Below are positions 42,568 to 55,900 of a stretch of DNA of 64,000 nucleotides, in pieces. Position 1 is the first letter of the stretch, and each line of letters begins with the position of its first letter. Location: assembly GCA_963665615.2 (NCBI GenBank), contig CAXXQE010000001.1:327151-391150 (forward strand), written 5' to 3'. The notes under the pieces are model-generated. The model ran no database searches. It saw only the letters and a list, made by a program, of their open reading frames with translations, and was not told the DNA's origin. This stretch comes from Syntrophales bacterium (lineage in GTDB: Bacteria; Desulfobacterota; Syntrophia; Syntrophales; UBA4778). The position numbers and the translations under genes were made by a program.

Positions 42568-43130
42568 GGTAGAGCCTCTTCCAATGAAATGAGATATGCG
42601 GATCTCTTTGTGAGTCCGGTTGGCAAATAAGTGGGCCCGATTGCCGAACCGGATCAATCTTTGAGCGAAATCTTGTATTATAACGAGCACAAAAAATCAA
42701 ATCTTTTAAATCCTTTCACTTCACCTCGATCCGGCGAGGCGGTAACGCGGCACATTCATTCATTGTCTGTCAGTGGCCGAGCGGAACGCCAGGCGATGCC
42801 GGATCAAATAGTATCAAGACAGGTCATGAAGCGCATTTTTCCTGTATCCTTCCTATAGGTCATGTCCTTGATAGTCAATGTAAATTTCATGACAGTGGCG
42901 CTGAGATCTTTTCGGGTGCATATGGGTCCTTTGCTTATCAGATGCCTTGTGACCGAACGTAAAAGGACGTTGATTTGATAAGGTAAATGCTGTATAAAAG
43001 CTCACTTGTTCCGTTTCCCGGCGGCCTATCTGTCTGTTATTACGCATCTCGCAGGTCAAATTTGATGTTAGAAGAATCATGGCGGACGCTTGATAAGGGG
43101 CACTATTTTTATAGGGGCGATGGGGCTTAA

Positions 43131-44231
<1,101 letters not shown>

Positions 44232-44301
44232 CATCGCCATCGGACCAAATTACTATTGAGGCCTCGCCTTCCGGTTCGTAACATCCAATGGATAAATCCG
44301 G

Positions 44302-44402
44302 CAGCGTGCGCGTCCCCGCAGAGGATAGGCGAGCGAATCATGTCTGAATATCTTCCTGAGGGATCGGAGATTCTCCGGAACGTGCTCCGGGCAATCTTCA
44401 AT
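44302..44402. repeat. Copy D of dispersed double-hairpin element (mreB-mreC spacer)
   Basis: cagcgtgcgcgtccccgc...gcgagcgaatca...atcggagattctccggaacgtgctccgggcaatcttcaat. Confidence 0.8.
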
Positions 44403-44412
44403 CAGGTGAAAG

Positions 44413-45237
44413 ATGCTTGTTCCAAAGAAACATCGGTCCGTCATTGTCGCGTTGGTTCTCATCATCCTGTCTCTGGTCATTCTTTCCTTTAATATCAGAC
44501 AACCTGGTGACGTGGGGTTCTTCAGAAAGATCATCGTTGAAACGGCCGCACCCGTTGAGCATGGCATTGGCATGATGGTGGGCGGCATTGCCGATGTCTG
44601 GAAGCGCTACATTTTTCTCGTTGGACTGGAGGAAGAAAACCGGCTGCTCAAAAGAAAAGTAGATATTCTGACCAGTGAGATCGTCAACCACCGCGAAGTC
44701 TATTTGGAGGGACTTCGCCTGAAAGAGCACCTGAAGCTGCGGGAGAAGACGGATCTGCCCATGGTAACAGCCCGGGTGATCAATCGAGAAGGAACGTCCG
44801 TTTTCAAGTCCATTCTCATCAACAAGGGGACGACAGACGGCATCGAGGTTGGGATGCCGGTTGTGACGGCGGAAGGTGTCGTCGGGCGAATCATCGAAGT
44901 TTCGTGGAATGTATCGCGGGTGCTGCTGGTGATCGATTTCAATAGCAACGCCGATGCCCTCGTGGAGGGCGGCCGCGCGCACGGTATACTGCAAGGCGGC
45001 GGCGCGTCGAGTTGTATCCTCAAATATATCGAACGATCCGAAGAGGTCAAGATCGGAGATGTGGTCCTAACGTCTGGCCTGGGCGGCGTTTTCCCAAAAG
45101 GGCTCTTGCTCGGGACGGTGCTGAATGTCAACCGAAAGGATGCCGGGCTCTTTCAGCGGATCGAGGTGGTTCCGGCAGTTCATTTTTCCAGATTGGAAGA
45201 GGTTTCGGTACTGCAACTAAAAGGAAGCGGGTCATGA
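44413..45237 (+). CDS. mreC: Rod shape-determining protein MreC
   Basis: TM, coiled coil, INKGTTDGI..GMPV, TSGLGGVFPKG. Confidence 0.96.
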   Translation: MLVPKKHRSVIVALVLIILSLVILSFNIRQPGDVGFFRKIIVETAAPVEHGIGMMVGGIADVWKRYIFLVGLEEENRLLKRKVDILTSEIVNHREVYLEGLRLKEHLKLREKTDLPMVTARVINREGTSVFKSILINKGTTDGIEVGMPVVTAEGVVGRIIEVSWNVSRVLLVIDFNSNADALVEGGRAHGILQGGGASSCILKYIERSEEVKIGDVVLTSGLGGVFPKGLLLGTVLNVNRKDAGLFQRIEVVPAVHFSRLEEVSVLQLKGSGS

Positions 45238-45731
45238 CGTTCTACTTTCTTTTGCCGCTTGCTGCCCTCGCCTTGATAGTACTCCAGATGTCGGCCATGA
45301 ATCTCCTCTTTCTTGGCAAGGTGGCGCCTGAAATTTCCCTCCTCGTTGTCATTTATGCCGGTTTCTATCTCGGTGCCATTCGCGGAGGCATTCTTGCATT
45401 CGTTTTCGGTTTTTTTATGGACTGCCTCAGCGGTGCTGTAACCGGTATCTTCACCTCTGTCTATGTGATGATCTTTTTTTTATCGCGAGTCGTTTCTTTT
45501 CGGGTCTATTCCGACGGGGTTGTCTTTATCATGATTTTTACCTTCCTCTGTGCCCTTGCGGAGGGGATTTTCATCATTTTGCTCTATGGCGTGATATACG
45601 GCCTGAATATCTTCCCGGATATTTGGGACATTTTTTTGCCCCAGGCGCTCGTCGCCGGTGCGCTTGGCCCTGCCGTTTTTACCATTCTGAATGCCTTCGG
45701 GAGAAAAGTTCATGCCGGCGACTCAAACTAG
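45234..45731 (+). CDS. mreD: Rod shape-determining protein MreD
   Basis: Hydrophobic 165-aa ORF, G.F.D..SG motif, ATGA overlap with mreC. Confidence 0.88.
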   Translation: MTFYFLLPLAALALIVLQMSAMNLLFLGKVAPEISLLVVIYAGFYLGAIRGGILAFVFGFFMDCLSGAVTGIFTSVYVMIFFLSRVVSFRVYSDGVVFIMIFTFLCALAEGIFIILLYGVIYGLNIFPDIWDIFLPQALVAGALGPAVFTILNAFGRKVHAGDSN

Positions 45732-47643
45732 ATTCTCCCGATACGACGCCGGTCGGTTTCGCCAGAAGCTCCGGGTAACATTCTGGATCGTAACCTGTTG
45801 TGTCTGCATTCTCACGATGCGCTTGTGGTATCTTCAGGTCATTAAAGGGGAAGAACTCAAAAGACGTTCCGAAAACAATCGGGTTCGCATTGTTGAGGTC
45901 AAGCCTATGCGGGGTATGATTCTGGATGCCAGAGGCCAAGTGCTGGCCGCCAATCAGCCCTCTTTCGATGTGGCGCTCGTTCCCGGCAATGCCAGGAACG
46001 TAAAATCGACCCTCGACCTTATGGAAAATTACTACCGCAGCGCCGGTCTTTCCTTCAACCGGATGGAAGGCGTGGAGCGGATGAAATCCTTTATTCCCGT
46101 GAAACTGTCGAAAAATATCAACCGGGAGGAGTTGGCTGTCGTTGAGACACACCTCATTGATCTGCCGGGGATCTCCGTCGATGTGATTCCCGTCCGTCGT
46201 TATCCGATGGGAGAGATGATGGCCCATGCGCTCGGCTACGTCAGCGAGATCAGCCCGGAGGAGTTGAAGGCGGATACGACGGAAACCTATAAGACGGGGG
46301 ATCGGGTCGGAAAGTTCGGGATCGAGCGGTATCTTGACAAAAACCTCAAGGGGGTGAGCGGCGGGGAGCACGTAGAGGTCAATGTTTCGGGCCGGCGTGT
46401 CCGGGTGCTGGGCAAGTCCGATCCAGTGCCGGGGGACACCGTCATGCTGACCATCGACGGCGAGCTTCAGAAGGTCGCCTGGGATGCGATGGAGGGGAAG
46501 GTCGGCTCGGTCGTGGTCATGGATCCCCGGGACGGATCGGTGCTGGCGATGGTAAGCCGTCCGTCCTTCGATCCGAATTTCTTCAATCAGGGCATCTCGC
46601 AATCCGATTGGGAGTTGCTTTCGCAGGATCCCCTGCGGCCGATGGAGAACAAGCCGATTGCCGGTCAATATCCACCGGGATCGACTTTCAAGCTCATCGT
46701 GGCGGCTGCCGCACTGCAGGAGGGGATCATTACCCCGGAGACGGCCTTCAACTGTTCGGGCTACTTTCCCTTCGGCAATCGCACCTTCCGCTGTTGGCAG
46801 AAGAAGGGGCACAGCCGGATCAGTCTGCACCGGGCGATCGTGCAGTCCTGTGATGTCTATTTTTATAACGTCGGCCGGATGCTGGGTGTCGATAAACTCG
46901 CGCAATACGCCCATGCCTTCGGTCTGGGAGAACCGACGGGCATCGACATCCTCGGAGAAAAATCCGGTAATATTCCGACCCGCGCCTGGAAGCTCAAACG
47001 GTTCAAGGAACCGTGGCAGCCCGGTGAAACCATCTCGATATCGATCGGCCAGGGCTTCATTACGGTAACGCCCTTGCAGTTGTTGAATGCCTATTGCGCC
47101 GTCGCCAATGGAGGAACGCTCTACAAGCCCCGGTTTGTTAAAAAGATCGAGACCTACGATCGTCGGCCCGTCAAGGAGTTTGCTCCGGAGATCGAAAAGA
47201 AATTGCCGATCTCGGCGGAGAACATGGAGATTCTCAAGCATGCCCTCTGGGGAGTTTGCAATGAGCCGGGAGGCACTGCGGGCGCCCTGCGACGCAAGGA
47301 GGCCGATGTGGCCGGTAAAACCGGGACAGCTCAGGTGGTCGCCATGAGAGAGGACCGCCGGGGACCCGCGGGGCGTCAGTTTCGGGACCATGCGCTTTTT
47401 GTCGCCTTTGCCCCAGTGGATAAGCCAGAGATAGCTGTATCGGTTGTTGTCGAGCACGGCGGGCATGGGGGTTCAGCGGCGGCACCCGTGGCACGTCGGC
47501 TCATCGATGCCTATTTCCAGAACAAGTCCGGGCGGCAGACGGATAGCAAGGCTCCTTCTGCGACGGGACAGGGATTAAAGGTGCAAAACAAAGAGGCGGT
47601 CAAACCGGTGCCTGTGCCTGCCGCCGAAGAGACAGGAGACTGA
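45712..47643 (+). CDS. mrdA: Penicillin-binding protein 2
   Basis: RLWYLQV, RG.I.D, STFK, SCD, KTGT motifs. Confidence 0.96.
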   Translation: MPATQTRFSRYDAGRFRQKLRVTFWIVTCCVCILTMRLWYLQVIKGEELKRRSENNRVRIVEVKPMRGMILDARGQVLAANQPSFDVALVPGNARNVKSTLDLMENYYRSAGLSFNRMEGVERMKSFIPVKLSKNINREELAVVETHLIDLPGISVDVIPVRRYPMGEMMAHALGYVSEISPEELKADTTETYKTGDRVGKFGIERYLDKNLKGVSGGEHVEVNVSGRRVRVLGKSDPVPGDTVMLTIDGELQKVAWDAMEGKVGSVVVMDPRDGSVLAMVSRPSFDPNFFNQGISQSDWELLSQDPLRPMENKPIAGQYPPGSTFKLIVAAAALQEGIITPETAFNCSGYFPFGNRTFRCWQKKGHSRISLHRAIVQSCDVYFYNVGRMLGVDKLAQYAHAFGLGEPTGIDILGEKSGNIPTRAWKLKRFKEPWQPGETISISIGQGFITVTPLQLLNAYCAVANGGTLYKPRFVKKIETYDRRPVKEFAPEIEKKLPISAENMEILKHALWGVCNEPGGTAGALRRKEADVAGKTGTAQVVAMREDRRGPAGRQFRDHALFVAFAPVDKPEIAVSVVVEHGGHGGSAAAPVARRLIDAYFQNKSGRQTDSKAPSATGQGLKVQNKEAVKPVPVPAAEETGD

Positions 47644-47646
47644 TTC

Positions 47647-48756
47647 GTGAGATTCGATCGTCGGCTGCTTTTTCATTTTGACTGGGTTCTCCTCCTGCTG
47701 GTGCTTTCCATCTGTGCCATTGCGTTGCTCAACATGTACAGCGCCGGGTCCAGCCTCGTGAACACAGGCAATGACGCCATTTATTTGAAACAGCTTTTGT
47801 GGTTTGCCGTCGGACTGGTCATGATGATGGTCTGTTTCGGGATCGATTACCGGCTGATCAATGAATATGCCTATGTGCTCTACGCCGTCACGATTGCGCT
47901 GCTGCTGGTTCTTTTTTTTATGGGGGAGATCACGCGGGGCACTCAGCGGTGGTTTGTGATCGGGGGCTTTTCTTTTCAGCCATCGGAACTGGCGAAGTTG
48001 AGTCTGATCCTGGCGCTTGTCCGGTATTTCACGATGAACGATACGGAGGAAGGTTATACCCTGCGTCAACTCTGGCTTCCTTTCCTCATGACGATCGTAC
48101 CCTTTTTACTGATTATGAAGCAACCGGATCTCGGGTCGGCCATGGTGCTGATCGTCATCTTCGCATCCGTTGTTTTTTTCATCGGCATCAAATGGCGCTC
48201 GGTTTTGATTGTCTTGGTGAGCAGTTTGCTGTTTCTTCCGATCGCCTGGCATTTTTTGAAAGACTATCAAAAAGAGCGCATTATGACCTTCCTGGATCCC
48301 GATCGAGATCCTCTGGGCGCAGGGTATCATATTATTCAGTCCATCATTGCCGTCGGTTCGGGCGGGGTGTTCGGCAAAGGCTTTCTAAAGGGTACCCAAA
48401 GTCAGTTACGTTTTCTTCCGGAGCATCAAACCGATTTTATTTTTTCCGTTTTTGCCGAAGAGTGGGGGTTTCTGGGAGGATTGGTTCTATTGCTTCTCTT
48501 CATGTGCCTGGCCGTCTGGGGACTCCGGATAGCGAGTCGTTCCAGGGATTTGCTAGGATCGATGATGTCTTTTGCGATCGCCATGATGATCTTTTGGGAG
48601 GCCTGCATCAATATCGGCATGGTTTTGGGTATGTTGCCGGTTGTGGGCATTCCCTTGCCTTTTTTCAGTTATGGCGGGTCCTCTTTTGTGGTATTAATGA
48701 TGAGTGTCGGCTTGCTTTTGAATATTAGTGTTCGCCGATTCATGTTGCAACCTTAA
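47647..48756 (+). CDS. rodA: SEDS peptidoglycan polymerase RodA
   Basis: FQPSELAK, QPDLG, FLPEHQTDFIF, GIPLPFFSYGGSS; GTG start. Confidence 0.96.
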   Translation: MRFDRRLLFHFDWVLLLLVLSICAIALLNMYSAGSSLVNTGNDAIYLKQLLWFAVGLVMMMVCFGIDYRLINEYAYVLYAVTIALLLVLFFMGEITRGTQRWFVIGGFSFQPSELAKLSLILALVRYFTMNDTEEGYTLRQLWLPFLMTIVPFLLIMKQPDLGSAMVLIVIFASVVFFIGIKWRSVLIVLVSSLLFLPIAWHFLKDYQKERIMTFLDPDRDPLGAGYHIIQSIIAVGSGGVFGKGFLKGTQSQLRFLPEHQTDFIFSVFAEEWGFLGGLVLLLLFMCLAVWGLRIASRSRDLLGSMMSFAIAMMIFWEACINIGMVLGMLPVVGIPLPFFSYGGSSFVVLMMSVGLLLNISVRRFMLQP

Positions 48757-48882
48757 GCGGGCTGTTCAAAAACGCTCATCTGCTGCGTTACGCTTCGGCC
48801 TGCGGCGCTCAAGTATTAGCATATACGCTCCGTTCTTCGGCCGAAGCGATGCCTTGCATCTGAGCATTTTTGAATAGCCCGC
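48757..48882. mobile_element. 126-bp MITE-like element with terminal inverted repeats
   Basis: gcgggctgttcaaaaacgctca ... tgagcatttttgaatagcccgc, begins directly after rodA TAA; no coding capacity. Confidence 0.7.
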
Positions 48883-48905
48883 AAAATATATTCCGGAGGT
48901 GGCCA

Positions 48906-49331
48906 ATGTTTGGAACGAAAAAGAGCAGAGAGTCAGATGAAGAGGTCAAGGCCTTTTTGGGTAGCGGCACGCAATTCAGCGGGAAACTGCTTTTTAGCGG
49001 AGCTGTTCGGATCGATGGCCTCTTCACAGGGGAAATTCTTGGAGGGAACCTGCTTATCTCTGGAGAAGGTTCCAGGATCGAAGGCGATATCATTGTTGAC
49101 AATATCGTCATCAGCGGTGAGGTCACGGCCAATCTAACGGTAAGGGAAAAGATTGAAATCGATTCGAACGGGCGGTTGCGGGGCGATGTCTCTGCGGCGG
49201 TACTGGTTGTCCAGGAGGGGGCGATTCTTGAAGGGCGTTGCCGCATGACGTCGACTCGGTCCGCTGATGGTCCCAGGCTCGTTAAGTCGGAAAGTGATTC
49301 TGAGGAACCACTTGATTTGATTAGCCTATGA
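48906..49331 (+). CDS. Bactofilin (polymer-forming cytoskeletal protein)
   Basis: FLG.GT.F.GKL.F.G.VRIDG.F.G.I ... G.V.. ... V.EGA.LEG.C.M; GGAGG RBS. Confidence 0.9.
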   Translation: MFGTKKSRESDEEVKAFLGSGTQFSGKLLFSGAVRIDGLFTGEILGGNLLISGEGSRIEGDIIVDNIVISGEVTANLTVREKIEIDSNGRLRGDVSAAVLVVQEGAILEGRCRMTSTRSADGPRLVKSESDSEEPLDLISL

Positions 49332-49454
49332 AGCCCTTGTGCCGTAGGGGTTCGGAATTCCAAAAAATGCTTGACAACTGCTGGAGGGCTATGGTTAGTA
49401 CTCAAAGATTTTGCAAATGTGACAAGGTTCTTAGAGGGCAATGGCTGCGCACAG

Positions 49455-49563
49455 CGAACAAAAAAGTGACCTATTGGTTGAGGTCGTTCAGTTAGCTTCG
49501 GTAGCTCTCGAGAAGCTATTTTTTTGAGCGGCCGGGTGGATTGTTTTCACTCGGCTTTTTTTT
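49455..49563 (+). promoter_or_regulatory. Structured leader with two tandem terminator-like hairpins upstream of atp operon
   Basis: gacc-tattggttga-ggtc hairpin; tagcttc/gaagcta + T7; gccgggtgga/ttcactcggc + T8; TTGACA at 49371. Confidence 0.5.
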
Positions 49564-49699
49564 GACGTATCGACGGACGCCATAGCATGGCCTGTTCTGG
49601 GTAGGCCCGTTCGTCAGAAACGACAATATTCCTTAGAAATCATAGATACCGCGCGACATGTTACGCGGTGTTTCAATCGGAGGTCCAAGGGGTAGCCGG

Positions 49700-50125
49700 A
49701 TGGTTGAAATTAACAATACGTTGTTCATGCAAATCGGAAACTTTCTGATTCTTATTCTCTTGATGAATCTCTTGCTGTATAGGCCTATTTTGAGCATTCT
49801 GAATAAGCGTCAGGAGCAGATCGCTTCGGCGGAAAATGAGGTCAAGGATCTGAACCTAAGCATTCAGAACAAGATGACCGAATATGAACGCCAGATACAA
49901 CAGGCGAAACTCGATGCGATGGCCGAGCGCAATATGATTATTCAGCAGGGTGTTGATGCCGGTAAAGAAATTATCGACGTTGCCAAGCAAGACGTCTCGG
50001 CACTGCTGGATGAGTTTCAGCGAAATCTCGATGCTGAAGTGAATGCGGCCAAGGACGTATTGAGGAATCAATCCGGAAAGATCTCCACGGAGATCGCGGA
50101 AAAAATACTCGGGAGGAGCATTTAA
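49700..50125 (+). CDS. atpF: ATP synthase F0 subunit b'
   Basis: Q..NFLIL...N.LLYRPI...L..R + coiled coil; first of two b-type genes. Confidence 0.9.
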   Translation: MVEINNTLFMQIGNFLILILLMNLLLYRPILSILNKRQEQIASAENEVKDLNLSIQNKMTEYERQIQQAKLDAMAERNMIIQQGVDAGKEIIDVAKQDVSALLDEFQRNLDAEVNAAKDVLRNQSGKISTEIAEKILGRSI

Positions 50126-50739
50126 TGAGAATCGCATCGACAGGGCTCCGACGGGTCTGGTCACAGATGGGCGAGGGCATTGCGGCCCTCACGGTGGTGC
50201 TCGCGACAGCCGGTATGGTTTGGGCATCGGGCGGTGAAGGTGCAGAAGGGCATCATGGACCGAATATGGTTGAATTCGGGTGGCGCATTCTGAACTTTGT
50301 GGTTCTGGCCATCGTGCTCTATAAGCTCCTGGGCGGCAAAATCCGGGATTTCTTTGCCGGTAGGCGAGAGGGCATCAAGGAGTCGCTCTATGGGGCGGCG
50401 GCTGCCAAAGCGGAAGCTGATAAGAAGTTTAAAGAGTATTCAGAACGTCTGGAGAAGGCGACCGAAGAGATTGCCTCGATTTCCGATATGATTAAGGTCC
50501 AGGGACAGTCTGAAAAGGAAAAGCTCATTGAAAGCGCCCGGATCTCTGCAGTCAAGATGAAGGAAGACACGAAGACACGGATGGAGCAGGATCTCAAGGC
50601 GGCTCGCAATGCGCTCAGAACGGAGGCTGCCGAGTTGTCTGTGCAAATGGCTGAAAATGCGCTCACCAAGATGATCAAAGAAGAAGATCACGATGCGATG
50701 GTCAAAGATTTTTTAGATAGGATGGTGCAAAAGAATTGA
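50125..50739 (+). CDS. atpF: ATP synthase F0 subunit b
   Basis: WASGG..H, WRILNF..L..., FF..R...I, coiled coil. Confidence 0.92.
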   Translation: MRIASTGLRRVWSQMGEGIAALTVVLATAGMVWASGGEGAEGHHGPNMVEFGWRILNFVVLAIVLYKLLGGKIRDFFAGRREGIKESLYGAAAAKAEADKKFKEYSERLEKATEEIASISDMIKVQGQSEKEKLIESARISAVKMKEDTKTRMEQDLKAARNALRTEAAELSVQMAENALTKMIKEEDHDAMVKDFLDRMVQKN

Positions 50740-51281
50740 TAACCAGCGAAATTGCCAAGCGCTATGCGCAGGCGCTCTTCGATATTGCTGCCGAGGAAAA
50801 TAACTACGCGCAATACGATAAAGATCTGAAGCTGTTTTCCGCGATTCTCAGAGACAACGCAAGCCTCGGCGAGTTTTTTGCCAATCCTGTATTTGATCGT
50901 GACGAGAAGAAGGCGGTTCTTGGTGAGATTCTGGCGAAGACGGACATATCTCAGACGACCGCGAACTTTCTCAAACTGCTGGCTGAAAAGGGCCGGATCG
51001 GCCTGATTGGGGAGATCCAGGCTTATTTTGAAGAGCTGATGGACGGGGTCATGAAGAAGGCACGGGTATTGGTCAGGTCCGCCTTCCCGGTGAAAGACGA
51101 TCTTCAGGCCCGTCTCAAGAGCACGCTCGAAAAAATGACCGGCAAGGATGTGGAGATGGTGATCGAAGAGGATCGTTCATTGCTGGGTGGGATCGTTATC
51201 AAGGTCGGCGATACGGTTTACGACGGCAGTGTCAAAGCTCAGCTCAATACGATAAGGGAACTCTTAAGGGAGGAGAAATAA
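50736..51281 (+). CDS. atpH: ATP synthase F1 subunit delta
   Basis: [26 protein letters not shown]...KVGD.VYDGSV. Confidence 0.95.
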   Translation: MITSEIAKRYAQALFDIAAEENNYAQYDKDLKLFSAILRDNASLGEFFANPVFDRDEKKAVLGEILAKTDISQTTANFLKLLAEKGRIGLIGEIQAYFEELMDGVMKKARVLVRSAFPVKDDLQARLKSTLEKMTGKDVEMVIEEDRSLLGGIVIKVGDTVYDGSVKAQLNTIRELLREEK

Positions 51282-51285
51282 CGGG

Positions 51286-52800
51286 ATGGATACAATCAGG
51301 GCAGAAGAGATCAGCCAGATCATTTCCAAGCAGATCAAGGATTACGAAAAGAAACTGGATGTCAGTGAAACGGGTACCGTTCTTTCCGTTGGAGACGGCA
51401 TTGCCAGAGTTTACGGGGTCGAGAACGCCATGGCCATGGAGCTGTTGGAGTTTCCCGGCGGAATCCTAGGTATGGTTCTTAATCTTGAAGCGGACAACGT
51501 AGGTGTCGCCATCCTGGGTGAAGATATCCGTATTAAGGAGGGAGACATCGTCAAGAGAACAGGCCGAATTGCGGAAGTTCCCGTTGGAGATTCCCTGCTG
51601 GGACGCGTGATCGATGCGACCGGCACGCCTTTAGACGGTAAAGGTCCGATCGAAGCCAAAGAGTTCCGGCGTATTGAAATGGTCGCTCCCGGCGTGATCG
51701 CCCGTCAGCCGGTTAACCAGCCGATGTATACGGGACTCAAAGCCATCGACGCCATGACGCCGATCGGCCGTGGGCAGCGCGAACTGATCATCGGCGACCG
51801 CCAAATCGGCAAGACCGCCATCTGTATCGATGCCATCATCCGTCAGAAGAACACAGGCGTCAAATGTATCTATGTTGCCATTGGGCAGAAAAAATCCACG
51901 GTGGCCCAGGTGGTGGAAGCCCTGAGAAAAAATGATGCCATGAGCTATACCGTTGTCGTTGCCGCCTGCGCAAGCGATCCGGCCACCTTGCAGTACATTG
52001 CGGCTTACTCCGGATGCAGCATCGGCGAATATTACCGCGACAACGGTCAGGACGCCCTGATCATTTACGACGACTTGTCCAAGCAGGCCGTTGCCTATCG
52101 TCAGATCTCGCTTCTGTTGAGACGCCCCCCCGGCCGTGAGGCCTTTCCGGGAGACATCTTCTACAACCACTCCCGTCTACTGGAACGAGCCGCGCGTGTC
52201 AGCAAGGAATTGGGCGGCGGATCACTGACGGCCCTGCCGGTCATTGAAACCCAGGCGGGTGACGTTTCCGCGTACATTCCGACGAACGTCATCTCGATCA
52301 CAGACGGCCAGGTCTTCCTTGAGCCGAACCTCTTCTACTCGGGCATCCGTCCTGCCATCAACGTCGGCATCTCGGTGTCGCGCGTCGGTGGCGCCGCGCA
52401 GGTGAAGGCCATGAAGCAGGTCGCCGGCACGCTGAAACTTGAACTGGCGCAGTACCGCGAAATGGCGGCCTTTGCGCAGTTCGGGAGCGATCTGGACAAG
52501 GCGACCCAGGCCCAGCTGGAACGCGGCGTTCGTCTGGTCGAGATTTTGAAACAACCGCAGTATCAGCCGATGTCGCTGGGGCAGGAAGTAACGGTCCTCT
52601 TCGCCGGTGCGAAGGGATTTCTGGACAAATATGACGTCGCAAAGCTTAAGGACTATGAAGCGCAGTTGCTGCGTTTCGTCGAGTCGAAGTACTCCGATAT
52701 TTTAAAGGAGATCGACGAGAAACAGGTCATCAGTACCGACCTTGAGAAGAAGATGAAAGACATCCTGACCGAGTTTGATACGGTTTTTGTCCAGGGTTAA
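51286..52800 (+). CDS. atpA: ATP synthase F1 subunit alpha
   Basis: [42 protein letters not shown]. Confidence 0.99.
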   Translation: MDTIRAEEISQIISKQIKDYEKKLDVSETGTVLSVGDGIARVYGVENAMAMELLEFPGGILGMVLNLEADNVGVAILGEDIRIKEGDIVKRTGRIAEVPVGDSLLGRVIDATGTPLDGKGPIEAKEFRRIEMVAPGVIARQPVNQPMYTGLKAIDAMTPIGRGQRELIIGDRQIGKTAICIDAIIRQKNTGVKCIYVAIGQKKSTVAQVVEALRKNDAMSYTVVVAACASDPATLQYIAAYSGCSIGEYYRDNGQDALIIYDDLSKQAVAYRQISLLLRRPPGREAFPGDIFYNHSRLLERAARVSKELGGGSLTALPVIETQAGDVSAYIPTNVISITDGQVFLEPNLFYSGIRPAINVGISVSRVGGAAQVKAMKQVAGTLKLELAQYREMAAFAQFGSDLDKATQAQLERGVRLVEILKQPQYQPMSLGQEVTVLFAGAKGFLDKYDVAKLKDYEAQLLRFVESKYSDILKEIDEKQVISTDLEKKMKDILTEFDTVFVQG

Positions 52801-52828
52801 GCCTGAGGTCGGATATCCTTTGATTTTT

Positions 52829-52938
52829 CAGCGAGTGCATTCCCCGTGGCTTGCCGCGGGATGCGCGAGCGAATCAGAACCGAATATTTTCCTTGGGAAT
52901 CGGAGGGTCACGGGAGCTTGCTCCGGGGAGTCTTCAAA
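52829..52938. repeat. Copy E of dispersed double-hairpin element (atpA-atpG spacer)
   Basis: cagcgagtgcattccccgtggcttgccgcggg...gcgagcgaatca...gggagcttgctccggggagtcttcaa. Confidence 0.85.
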
Positions 52939-52962
52939 TCAAGTAAAGGAAGAGAGTTTTAA

Positions 52963-53838
52963 ATGGCCGCATTACGAGATATCAAAAGAAAAATTACGGC
53001 GGTACAGAAAACCAAGCAGATCACGCGTGCCATGAATATGGTTGCAGCGTCGAAGTTGAGATCGGCACAGACACGGATGGAAAATTTCCGTCCCTATGCC
53101 ATTCATTTTATGGATGTGTTAAAAAGCCTTGCCCTCCGGGTCGACCCGAAGTCACATCCGCTCCTTGCCGTTCGCGACGTGAAAAAGGTCCGCATTATCC
53201 TGATCACGTCGGACAGAGGGCTGTGTGGCGGTTTCAATACGAACTTGATCAAGACGGCGGAAAAATTCATTAGAGAGCAGAAGGCCGCAGGTGCTGAGGT
53301 CGCGTTGGTGTTGGTCGGACGTAAAGCTCGTGATTATTTTCGAAAGAAGGAAGAGAATGTTAATGTCCATGTCGATTGTCTAAGCAAGTTCGACATGACC
53401 CTGGCTATGCAGATAGGCGAAGACGTCATTCCGTCTTTTATCGATGGCGATTATGACGAGCTTTATCTGATTTACAGCGAGTTCAGGACTGTTGCCATTC
53501 AAAGACCCGCGGTCGTGCGGCTTTTGCCGATTCCTTCCATCGGATCGGCGGAGGATGAAATGGGACCGGACAAACGGGTCGATTACATCTACGAGCCGTC
53601 GGAGCAAACGCTTCTGGATCAACTTCTGCCCATGTACCTGAGGGTATTGATCTACAGAGCCCTTGTAGAAACTGTGGCGGGTGAAAACGCGGCCAGGATG
53701 ATGGCCATGGATAACGCCACCAGTAATTGTGACGAGCTCGTTAGCGGCCTGACCCTCAAGTTTAACAAAACGAGGCAGGCTGCGATTACAACGGAGCTGA
53801 TGGATATTGTCGGTGGGGCGGAGGCGCTTTCAAAATAA
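52963..53838 (+). CDS. atpG: ATP synthase F1 subunit gamma
   Basis: ITRAMNMVAASKL, SDRGLCGGFN, ARMMAMDNAT, RQAAITTEL. Confidence 0.98.
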   Translation: MAALRDIKRKITAVQKTKQITRAMNMVAASKLRSAQTRMENFRPYAIHFMDVLKSLALRVDPKSHPLLAVRDVKKVRIILITSDRGLCGGFNTNLIKTAEKFIREQKAAGAEVALVLVGRKARDYFRKKEENVNVHVDCLSKFDMTLAMQIGEDVIPSFIDGDYDELYLIYSEFRTVAIQRPAVVRLLPIPSIGSAEDEMGPDKRVDYIYEPSEQTLLDQLLPMYLRVLIYRALVETVAGENAARMMAMDNATSNCDELVSGLTLKFNKTRQAAITTELMDIVGGAEALSK

Positions 53839-53889
53839 TTCCTCTGCGCTTCAGAGGTTGGGGATATTGGCATTTTACCGAAACAATGA

Positions 53890-55311
<1,422 letters not shown>

Positions 55312-55421
55312 GCGAACACCTTTCAGAGTGAACAGCCCCTCATCTCAGGAGCGGCCGGAATCGGTGGAGATGGCATGCCTGGGAAAGCGATGGTGGCGTA
55401 TTTTTGCTATGGAGAAATTGA

Positions 55422-55832
55422 ATGGCTGATGAATTGATGTTGCAGATTGTGACTCCGGAGCGAGTTATCTTTAGCGACAAGGTCGAGGAAGTCACGCTTC
55501 CCGGTACAGAAGGCGAGTTTGGCGTGCTTCTGGGGCATGCGTCGTTGCTGAGCTCCTTGAAATTCGGCGAACTCAACTTTACCAAGAATAATCAGAAGAC
55601 TTATTTTGCTATCAATGCGGGTTACGTCGAAGTCACCCCCGAAAAGGTAACCGTCCTGGTCGAAACGGCTGAGCAATCCGATGTAATCGATAAGCAACGG
55701 GCCAAAAAGGCTAAAGAAATCGCTGAGCAAAAGCTCGCCAAGCTGACCAAGGATGATGAGGAGTACGAAGGGGTCAAGAAGGCGCTGGAGAGAGCGGATG
55801 TCCGGCTCAAGATTGCAGAAAGAGCACCTTAA
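55422..55832 (+). CDS. atpC: ATP synthase F1 subunit epsilon
   Basis: IVTPER, PGTEGEFGVL.GH, helical C-terminus. Confidence 0.96.
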   Translation: MADELMLQIVTPERVIFSDKVEEVTLPGTEGEFGVLLGHASLLSSLKFGELNFTKNNQKTYFAINAGYVEVTPEKVTVLVETAEQSDVIDKQRAKKAKEIAEQKLAKLTKDDEEYEGVKKALERADVRLKIAERAP

Positions 55833-55861
55833 TATTCGATAGATTGAAATGACTTTTTGAT

Positions 55862-55900
55862 GTGCCGGAGAATCGGGTATGGGTTCTCCGGCATTTTTAT
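55862..55900 (+). terminator. Terminator of atp operon
   Basis: gtgccggagaa...ttctccggcat followed by T tract. Confidence 0.75.
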
